Assembly: GCA_041750285.1 (NCBI GenBank)
Contig: JBGSZS010000018.1
Span: 301,514-365,513, forward strand
Direction of reading: 5' to 3'
Length of the DNA stretch: 64,000 nt
Origin: Candidatus Fermentibacteraceae bacterium
Lineage (GTDB): Bacteria > Fermentibacterota > Fermentibacteria > Fermentibacterales > JCC-6
Part shown: positions 56,659-64,000 of the stretch, piece after piece
Numbering within the stretch: the stretch's first letter is position 1
Layout: each line of letters begins with the position of its first letter
Position numbers and translations under genes: made by a program
The notes under the pieces: model-generated
The model's database searches: none
What the model was told of the DNA's origin: nothing
What the model saw: the letters and a program-made list of their open reading frames with translations, nothing else

Positions 56659-57785
56659 AAAGGATCTACCTCGACAACAACGCAACCACAGCCCTTGCGC
56701 CTGAAGTTCTCGAGGAAATGATGCCATTTCTTTCGGCGGAGTACGGGAATCCCTCGAGCTTTCACACCTTCGGGAGCTCGGTTCTTGAAAGGATAGCGAG
56801 GGCAAGGGAGCAGGTGGCATCTCTGATAGGCGCCAACCCCGACGAGATCATATTCACTTCAGGCGGCACCGAGAGCGACAACATGGCTCTTCGCGGATGC
56901 TCGGCGCTTCGGGGGGGGCCAGTAGTAACCACAGCGGTCGAGCACCCCGCCGTCCTCGAAACCGCAATGCATCTGGGGGGACCGGCCCGCATCGTGGGTG
57001 TCGACTCATCGGGAACGCTTGACATGAAGACCTTCAGGTCTTCCCTCGAAGGCGCGTCGGTCGCAAGCGTGATGTTTGCGAACAATGAAACGGGGACCCT
57101 GATGCCCGTGAAAGAAACAGCTGCCATCTCACACGAGGCTGCTGTTCCCTTTCACACCGACGCGGTTCAGGCCGTCGGCAAGGTTTTCGTGAATGTCGAG
57201 GAACTTGGTGTGGACATGCTGAGCCTGTCTGCCCACAAATTCCATGGCCCCAAGGGGGTGGGCGCCCTTTACCTTCGCAGGGGCATGGCCCTTCCTCCCC
57301 TCGTGACGGGTGGACATCAGGAAAAGGGAATGAGAGCGGGAACCTACAACGCTGCAGGGATAATCGGGCTTGGAAAGGCTGCCGAACTCGCACAGGCCCA
57401 CCTTCAGGAAGAGGGTTTCGTAAAAAATCTTCTCGGCAGGTTCGAGTCGGGGGTGCTTTCAAGATGCCCGGGCGCCATGATAATGGCAAAGGAATCACCA
57501 AGACTTCCAAACACGTCGACGGTGATCTTCAGGGGCATAGAGAGCGAAGCTGTCCTGACCCTGCTTGACATTCAGGGGATCTACGCCTCGTCAGGCTCGG
57601 CGTGCAGCACCGGAAGCAAGGACCCGAGCCATGTCCTGATGGCCATGGGGCTCGACCACAATCTTGCGAACAGTGCGGTCCGTTTCAGTCTGAGCAGGTT
57701 CACGACGGCTGAAGAACTCGATCATGCCGTGGACGCACTTGCCGGCATCGTGGAAAAACTCAGGGCAATATCACCCTACACCTGA
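56655..57785 (+). CDS. iscS: Cysteine desulfurase (IscS/NifS)
   Basis: YLDNNATT, FTSGGTE, HTDAVQ, SAHKFHGPKG and SSGSAC motifs. Confidence 0.95.
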   Translation: MKRIYLDNNATTALAPEVLEEMMPFLSAEYGNPSSFHTFGSSVLERIARAREQVASLIGANPDEIIFTSGGTESDNMALRGCSALRGGPVVTTAVEHPAVLETAMHLGGPARIVGVDSSGTLDMKTFRSSLEGASVASVMFANNETGTLMPVKETAAISHEAAVPFHTDAVQAVGKVFVNVEELGVDMLSLSAHKFHGPKGVGALYLRRGMALPPLVTGGHQEKGMRAGTYNAAGIIGLGKAAELAQAHLQEEGFVKNLLGRFESGVLSRCPGAMIMAKESPRLPNTSTVIFRGIESEAVLTLLDIQGIYASSGSACSTGSKDPSHVLMAMGLDHNLANSAVRFSLSRFTTAEELDHAVDALAGIVEKLRAISPYT

Positions 57786-57795
57786 GGCTGCCGGC

Positions 57796-58533
57796 TCAAA
57801 GACCCGAGAAGGTCCAGGCCGCCCCCAGCAGAATGCCGAAACCGCCGTGGGTTTCCATGTCGGCCGAGACAGACCCGTCTATGACCAGTTCACTCCAGGG
57901 TTCTATGGAAGCCCCTGCGTTCAGGACAAGCGTTCCCCCGGTGCTGCCGGAAAGGGAGGTGAACACGGCGAGTGCTTCACCCAGAAAACTCATCCCTCCG
58001 AACGAAAAGGCGACGGAATCCCTCCAGCGGGTCCTTGAAGGCTCCTGTCCGCCCATGACCCTGTACTGCCCGGATGCGGAGAACCGGAACAGCCTGAAAG
58101 TTGTCGTTGTCACGGCACCAACGGCGATACCCGCCCCCGGATCGAACGGGGCCTCTCCAGTGGGAAGAAGGACCGAGCCTGTGAACTTCAGAGCCGTTCC
58201 ACCCCGTGCCGTCTCGTACAGCATGGCCCCGGAGAGCGCCAGGTCTCCGGTTCTCATCCCATCGTGGTCCTCATCTGGAAAACGGACGGGAATGGCCGCA
58301 CCCACCTCGTACACATCGGACAGCCCGACGCAGATGTTGACCGGCAACTGGCTTGTGCCGCCAATGTCCCCGTGATCCGTATATTCAAACCCGGTCCTGA
58401 ATCTGAGCTGTCCATCGGAGAGAACATCGGAAAGCGGCAATCCCGGAACCCCCGAAAGGGCTCCGGGGCCCAGATTGCCGGGGGTTCCCGCAGTGACCGC
58501 GACAAGAACGGGAACAAACCATGCTGCTTTCAT
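57796..58533 (-). CDS. Hypothetical outer-membrane beta-barrel-like protein
   Basis: GGAGG RBS, signal peptide, GD..L and LPTG motifs, amphipathic strands. Confidence 0.65.
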   Translation of the reverse strand: MKAAWFVPVLVAVTAGTPGNLGPGALSGVPGLPLSDVLSDGQLRFRTGFEYTDHGDIGGTSQLPVNICVGLSDVYEVGAAIPVRFPDEDHDGMRTGDLALSGAMLYETARGGTALKFTGSVLLPTGEAPFDPGAGIAVGAVTTTTFRLFRFSASGQYRVMGGQEPSRTRWRDSVAFSFGGMSFLGEALAVFTSLSGSTGGTLVLNAGASIEPWSELVIDGSVSADMETHGGFGILLGAAWTFSGL

Positions 58534-58621
58534 CGAACCTCCCGCAGGGTTGACAGTGTCCTTCTCAGGCGGAAAGATAGGACCGGAACGGGAAATGATG
58601 CAACACGCGGAAAGGCAGTCA

Positions 58622-59038
58622 ATGAAACCCGGTGAATACCTGTTGGTGCTGCTTCTTCTTGCATGCGCCGGGGGGGTTGTGGTAACAGCGCTCAAGCCAG
58701 GTATCGATCCGGCTCTTGCGAATCTGGAACCAGCAGGGGCAGACAGTGTTGCACATGCTCCCCAGAGCCCGGTCGACCTGCTTTCCGAGGGATGTTCCGT
58801 GTTCATCTACGGCAACCGGCCCCGGACGTCGTTCGCCGGAGACACGACAGTGCTCACCATGGACCTTGATCTGGCCGCCTTCACGGTCACGCAGGCAAAT
58901 CTCAGTATAACCAGGCTGCTCCGCAGGTGCGACATCACCCTGCTGGAAACCAGGCAGAGGCCGGGTGGCGGGCTCACATTCGTTGCAACTCTGCCCGATG
59001 GAAAGCCTCTCCGGCTGGAATTGAAGGCTCCAGACTAG
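58622..59038 (+). CDS. Hypothetical membrane-anchored protein
   Basis: N-terminal hydrophobic segment; fills the gap before secDF. Confidence 0.55.
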   Translation: MKPGEYLLVLLLLACAGGVVVTALKPGIDPALANLEPAGADSVAHAPQSPVDLLSEGCSVFIYGNRPRTSFAGDTTVLTMDLDLAAFTVTQANLSITRLLRRCDITLLETRQRPGGGLTFVATLPDGKPLRLELKAPD

Positions 59039-59187
59039 GCAGGTGGTCATCGACAAAGCCTTTGCGTATCTTTCGATGATTTCCTGCAGGCCCGGCTCCC
59101 GTCCAGGATTGGCGGGTTCCGTGTGTTGGTGTTCACATCCATTGACCCATAGAAAAACCGAGTTACTCCTTTGAAAGGGATGCATGT

Positions 59188-62070
59188 ATGAAGCGAGCCG
59201 ATAAATGGCGCATCTGGAGCTCCGCAGCGCTTTTCGTCACGGCGGTGTTGATGATCTGGCCCACCATCAGGTGGTATTCGATCCCATCACTGGAACGGGA
59301 CAAGGCAGAGGCAAGCGCCCAGCCTGAAACCTCAAACCCCTATTTCCGTTCACTGCTCGACCAGATGCAGACCGATGGCGGAGAGGCCGAGATCCAGCGC
59401 TACCGCGATATTTACGATCTCAGCCGGGGCACGATCAGACTTGGTCTCGACCTTCAGGGCGGCATGTATCTCGCTTACACGGTCGAGCCGACACCCGGCC
59501 TCGACCCCGACGAAGCTCTGGACCTGGCTCTGGAAGTCATCAGGAACCGTATAGACGAGTTCGGAGTTTCCGAGCCGTCCATCACCCGTCAGGGGGATGA
59601 CCGCATAGTGGTGCAGCTCCCCGGTGTGAGGGACCCCGCTCGCGCAAGGGCGATCGTCGAAAGACAGGCGCTTCTCGAGTTCAAGGTGGTTGCCTACCCC
59701 AACCATGCCAACAATCAGACCGCTCCCTCGTCCGTGCAGACAATACGCGACATCGAAAGCGCTCTGGAAGCGGCGGTGCCTGCAACCGCCATTGAGGTCA
59801 CCGAGACACCCGAACCGGCAATCACGGCCGACAGCGCATCTGCAACTGACGCCCTGCCTGTGGCAGACAGCGCCACGGTGCCGGTTGACACTTCCTCGAA
59901 TGCAAATTCAGCTTTTTCCCTTCCCGAAGAAACCGAAAACCCGCTGACCCAGCCCCAGGCCGACGATTCGACCGAACCGCTGCTTCTCGAAGCTTCGGGC
60001 AGGCTGGGTTCACTTATCACAATTGCGGACGAGACATTCAGACCTCTGCGAATATCTCCGGGGGACTGGGTGCTTGTTGTGGGTGAGAACCTTGAAGCAT
60101 TCCAGGATATTGTAAACACACCGGAAGCCAGGGCGGTCCTCGAGCGGGACAACCTCTCATTCGCCTACACCCGGCCCGAGGAAATCCCCGGTATCGGGCA
60201 GTGCGTCGGCGTTTTCCTTGTTCCGGCCGACGTCACGAGAGGCTGGGAGAGACAGGCCGACCTCGACCGGCCCTACTACCGTCTGACTGGTGCCAACCTG
60301 AACGATGTCAGAATCCAGATGGGCAACGATCAGGCCATCACGAACGAGCCGGGCCTTATCCTGGAATTCGACGAGCAGGGCGCCGAGAACTGGGAACGCA
60401 TTACGGGCGAGAACGTCGAGCAAAGGGTGTCCATAATTCTGGACGGAAGCATTTACTCCGTTGCCACCATTCGTGAGAGGATATCTGGAAGCGGCACCAG
60501 GCTCTCGGGTGGCTTCAGCGTGGATGAGGCAAGGGATCTCAGGCTTGTTCTCAAAGCCGGCTCGCTTCCCGCAAGGCTCGACATAGCCGAGGAGCAGACC
60601 ATTGGCCCGAGCCTCGGCCGCAGGTCCATCGGGAACGGTGTTCTTGCCGGAATGGTCGCGCTGCTTCTCATCACCGCCTTCATGATCATCTACTACGGCC
60701 TCAGCGGTTTCATTGCCGTTCTGGCTCTTGTTTTCGACATGCTCATTATCTTCGGGTTCCTCTGCTTCCCGGGTCCGCTCGCTCAACTGGGTCTCATGGG
60801 CATGAACTCCACCCTGACCCTCCCCGGAATTGCCGGCATCATCCTTACCATAGGAATGGCGGTTGACGCCAGTGTCCTGATCTATGAGAGGATCAGGGAG
60901 GAAAGACGGACGGGCAAGGGAATCCGCTCTGCAGTTGATTCAGGCTACAACCGGGCATTCGTGACCATCCTCGACGCCAACCTAACCACCCTCATCACCG
61001 CGATGGTCCTCTACAGGTTCGGAACCGGCCCCATCAGGGGATTCGCGGTCACACTCTCGATAGGCATTCTGGCATCCATGTTCTGCTCGCTGGTTTTCAC
61101 CAGGGCCTTCTTCGCCATGCTTCTGGCAAAGGTTGAAAGAACGAGCATCGGCATGGGAAGCCTTGCGTTCATCAGGGACGCCCACTGGGAGATCACTAAA
61201 AACCGCAGGAAGGTCTACATCGCATCCCTGACAGCGATCGTCATAGGTGTGATCGGCTACTTCGCCAACGGCGGATTGAACCTTTCCATCGATTTCACGG
61301 GGGGACTCGAGACCAACGTCACGACCACTGCCCACGAGACCGGCGAGGACCTGGCGAACAGCCTTTCCGGGATGGGGCTGCTGGGTGTTCAGGTTCAGGC
61401 CCTCTCAGACTGGACCGGCGATGGCAATGCCTACGTGGTGCGCACCTCCACCAGCGACAAGGACCAGGTCTATGAAGCTCTGGGGCAGGCCGAATGCCTG
61501 CTTATGGAGGAACAGGAAGGCGAGGAGGAGACTGCTTTCATAAAGCAGATCGGACCCCGCGTGGGCACAGAACTGAGGTCGCAGGCCGTCAACGCCATAA
61601 TGATCGCCATGTTCTTCATCATCCTCTACATATGGTACCGGTTCCAGTTCAAGTGGGGCGTAGCCGCAGTGGCGGCCCTGGTACACGACATCCTGATAAC
61701 CCTGGGCATCCTTGCGATCCTCCGGATCGAGGTCTCCCTGACCATCGTCGCAGCACTTCTCACGATCGTTGGTTATTCGATCAACGACACCATAGTTGTG
61801 TTCGACCGGATCAGGGAGGATGCCAGGCTCCGCAAGGGGCGCACCTTTGAAGAAGTCGTGAACAAGGGAATAAACGAGACGCTCAGCCGCACCATCATCA
61901 CATCCGCAACAACCTTCGCCGCGGTCCTGATGCTGTTCATCTTCGCTCCGGGCATGCTCAGGGACTTCGCCCTGACCCTGATGATCGGCGTGCTTGTGGG
62001 AACGTTCTCATCGATTTTCGTTGCCAGCCCGATACTCATCGACTGGCATGCGAAGATGAAGAACAAGTAG
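59188..62070 (+). CDS. secDF: Fused protein translocase SecDF
   Basis: LGLDLQGG, RID.FGV.EP, IGPSLG, GMAVDA.VLI.ER, IDFTGG, GYSINDT.VVFDRIRE. Confidence 0.97.
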   Translation: MKRADKWRIWSSAALFVTAVLMIWPTIRWYSIPSLERDKAEASAQPETSNPYFRSLLDQMQTDGGEAEIQRYRDIYDLSRGTIRLGLDLQGGMYLAYTVEPTPGLDPDEALDLALEVIRNRIDEFGVSEPSITRQGDDRIVVQLPGVRDPARARAIVERQALLEFKVVAYPNHANNQTAPSSVQTIRDIESALEAAVPATAIEVTETPEPAITADSASATDALPVADSATVPVDTSSNANSAFSLPEETENPLTQPQADDSTEPLLLEASGRLGSLITIADETFRPLRISPGDWVLVVGENLEAFQDIVNTPEARAVLERDNLSFAYTRPEEIPGIGQCVGVFLVPADVTRGWERQADLDRPYYRLTGANLNDVRIQMGNDQAITNEPGLILEFDEQGAENWERITGENVEQRVSIILDGSIYSVATIRERISGSGTRLSGGFSVDEARDLRLVLKAGSLPARLDIAEEQTIGPSLGRRSIGNGVLAGMVALLLITAFMIIYYGLSGFIAVLALVFDMLIIFGFLCFPGPLAQLGLMGMNSTLTLPGIAGIILTIGMAVDASVLIYERIREERRTGKGIRSAVDSGYNRAFVTILDANLTTLITAMVLYRFGTGPIRGFAVTLSIGILASMFCSLVFTRAFFAMLLAKVERTSIGMGSLAFIRDAHWEITKNRRKVYIASLTAIVIGVIGYFANGGLNLSIDFTGGLETNVTTTAHETGEDLANSLSGMGLLGVQVQALSDWTGDGNAYVVRTSTSDKDQVYEALGQAECLLMEEQEGEEETAFIKQIGPRVGTELRSQAVNAIMIAMFFIILYIWYRFQFKWGVAAVAALVHDILITLGILAILRIEVSLTIVAALLTIVGYSINDTIVVFDRIREDARLRKGRTFEEVVNKGINETLSRTIITSATTFAAVLMLFIFAPGMLRDFALTLMIGVLVGTFSSIFVASPILIDWHAKMKNK

Positions 62071-62085
62071 ACCGACGAAAAAGAC

Positions 62086-62116
62086 AAAGGGGGGCGGGGC
62101 GACCCGTCCCCCTTTC
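62086..62116. terminator. Terminator hairpin between convergent secDF and histidine kinase genes
   Basis: AAAGGGGGGCGGG/CCCGTCCCCCTTT. Confidence 0.7.
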
Positions 62117-62119
62117 ACA

Positions 62120-63325
62120 TCAGACGGGTATTGAGAGAGTAACCCTGGCCCCCCCGCCTCCGGGGAGGTTTTCGGCAGATACCTCACCCCCGACGATGGA
62201 AGCAGCCCTGCGGGCAATGGACAGTCCCAGCCCCACACCCCGACTTTCCCTGCCTTTCGTGAAGGGGGCGAACCCGCTGGACAGAATCGCCTGGGGAAAG
62301 CCGGGACCGTCGTCACAGACGATTACCGACACGGTGGACGGGGATGCTCCAATCTCGACAGAAACCTTTGAAGAGGCATGCCTGACGGCGTTCGAAACAA
62401 GGTTGGACAAAACCCTTGCCAGCAGTTCCCTGTCAGTCCCGACAAGTGCCTGCCCGGCAAGCGTGATCTCAATCCCCTCCCTGCCCCAGGATTCCGAGGC
62501 GACAACCTCCTCTGCAACTGTGAGGACTTCGACAGGTTCAATGCTCGGCACGACTCCCCTGCCAAGGCGGTTGTACTCGAGAAGTTCTGTTACAAGTGCA
62601 TTTAGTGCCGCTATATCGGCTTCCATACGGGAAAACATCTCTTCTCGCGTTCCGCTGCCCTCCCGAAGAAGCTCGAGGGCAAGGGACAGTCTGGCCAGAG
62701 GGGTCCGCAGTTCGTGGGCCACCGAGCCCATGAGTTCCTTGTGGGAGGCAAGAAGGGTGTCGATGCGTTGAGCCATTCCGTTGAAGCTCTCCCCAAGGGC
62801 ATCCAGTTCATCCGAACCGCCGGACACCGCATAGCGGATGGTAGTGTCGCCGTTTCCCAGGATGGAGGCCGTCCTCTCAAGGTCCCTTATCTTCCTGAAC
62901 ACGCTTCGGAGAACAAGGTGAAGAACCACCCCCACAACCAGAAGAAGAAGCATAAGAACTCCGGTGGCGATCGAGAGCCTGGCTCCGGGAAGGGGAACCA
63001 TGCCCACGATGGTGAAGGGGAAACCAGGCCTTGCGGGTATTATCACGGTTCCGGGCAGGGGCGGAGGCTCCCTGTATTCTCGTCTTCCCAGCCTGTCCTC
63101 GGGGATCAGTCTTATCCTCACACCCATTGAGTCCGCGAGGAAGCCAACCTGCTCGGGCGTTGGAGCTGAAAGGGCTTCGACTTTCCGCTGAAAAAGATCG
63201 GCAATCGCTGCCTGCCTGGTCCTGAGATGATTCGGCAGAACAGCGCCCATGAACCATCCCGTAAAAACGATTGTCATGAGCAGAGCCACAGCGAGTGGCA
63301 GGAACACCTTCCAGTAGAGCTTCAT
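62120..63325 (-). CDS. HAMP-domain sensor histidine kinase (RstB/CpxA-like)
   Basis: Two TM segments, HAMP, HELRTPL, NL..NA, DDGPG and GLGLSI motifs. Confidence 0.95.
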   Translation of the reverse strand: MKLYWKVFLPLAVALLMTIVFTGWFMGAVLPNHLRTRQAAIADLFQRKVEALSAPTPEQVGFLADSMGVRIRLIPEDRLGRREYREPPPLPGTVIIPARPGFPFTIVGMVPLPGARLSIATGVLMLLLLVVGVVLHLVLRSVFRKIRDLERTASILGNGDTTIRYAVSGGSDELDALGESFNGMAQRIDTLLASHKELMGSVAHELRTPLARLSLALELLREGSGTREEMFSRMEADIAALNALVTELLEYNRLGRGVVPSIEPVEVLTVAEEVVASESWGREGIEITLAGQALVGTDRELLARVLSNLVSNAVRHASSKVSVEIGASPSTVSVIVCDDGPGFPQAILSSGFAPFTKGRESRGVGLGLSIARRAASIVGGEVSAENLPGGGGARVTLSIPV

Positions 63326-64000
63326 CTCGAACCGTTCTTCCCGGGGCTGAGACAGTAGCCCACGCCCTGGACGGTCTTGATAAGGTCGCTGTGGTCGCCG
63401 AGTTTCTTGCGCAGTCGTGAGACCAGGACATCCACCGATCTGTCAAAGGAGATGAAATCGATGCCCCTGACCTCCTCCAGAAGCCTGGCCCTCTCCTGTA
63501 CCCTGCCCGCCCTGCGGGCAAGCAGGAGCAGAAGATCGAACTCAGCGGTTGTAAGATCGAGGGAAATGCCATCCAGAATGGCCGTCCTGCCCTGGGCATC
63601 GATCCTGAGAGAACCCAGGTCGATCATTTCGGCTTCAAGGTCGTTGCTGCTGCGCCTGAGAAGGGCTCTGACCCTGGCCAGCAGAACCCTCGGTGTGACA
63701 GGTTTGACGATATAGTCGTCAGCCCCGATCTCCAGCCCTGCAACCATGTCGGAATCCTCGCCCAGGGCCGTCAGCATGAGAACAGGTCCCCTCCAGAACT
63801 CCCTCAGCTTCCTCAGAACCGAAAGCCCGTCGACATCGGGCAGCATGATGTCAAGTATCACAGCATCGGGTCTTTCACGCTGAACGACCCTGGGAACCGA
63901 GACGCCATGATGGAGTAGGAACACCTGCATACCGTGACTGGTCAGGTAACGGGACACAAGGGAAGCCAGTGCGACATCATCCTCGACAAGAAGTATCTTT
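63322..64000 (-). CDS. OmpR-family response regulator, start just beyond window edge
   Basis: KILLVEDD, LDIMLP..DG, GADDY..KP, R.VDV.VSRLR.KL and TV.GVGY motifs. Confidence 0.95.
   Translation of the reverse strand, partial: KILLVEDDVALASLVSRYLTSHGMQVFLLHHGVSVPRVVQRERPDAVILDIMLPDVDGLSVLRKLREFWRGPVLMLTALGEDSDMVAGLEIGADDYIVKPVTPRVLLARVRALLRRSSNDLEAEMIDLGSLRIDAQGRTAILDGISLDLTTAEFDLLLLLARRAGRVQERARLLEEVRGIDFISFDRSVDVLVSRLRKKLGDHSDLIKTVQGVGYCLSPGKNGSR

Overview
This is a gene-dense, GC-rich window from an anaerobic Gram-negative bacterium. The many secreted proteins with C-terminal sorting tails suggest an FCB-superphylum candidate lineage such as Fermentibacterota; that placement is an inference. 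Metabolic loci are a TPP-riboswitch thiME salvage operon and a methionine cluster: a SAM-I/IV-type riboswitch and small leader ORF ahead of COG2122 and an archaeal-type homocysteine synthase, divergent from metF and a split B12-dependent MetH. Secreted and envelope genes include four proteins with T9SS-like C-terminal domains and two with a short (T/S)W(A/G)x(I/V)KxxF tail. Housekeeping genes are rpsF-ssb-ssb2-rpsR-yybS-rplI-tsaD-acpS-nnr, Rrf2-iscU-iscS, secDF and a two-component pair. The most striking item is a 1,039-bp element (41553-42591): a Y1-HUH (RAYT-like) nuclease with a C-terminal HTH, bounded by 31-bp terminal inverted repeats that overlap the stop codons of both neighbours. One neighbour looks like a catalytically degenerate L-rhamnose-isomerase-fold protein. 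I saw no tRNA, rRNA or CRISPR array. All calls come from motif recognition by eye, with no database searches.
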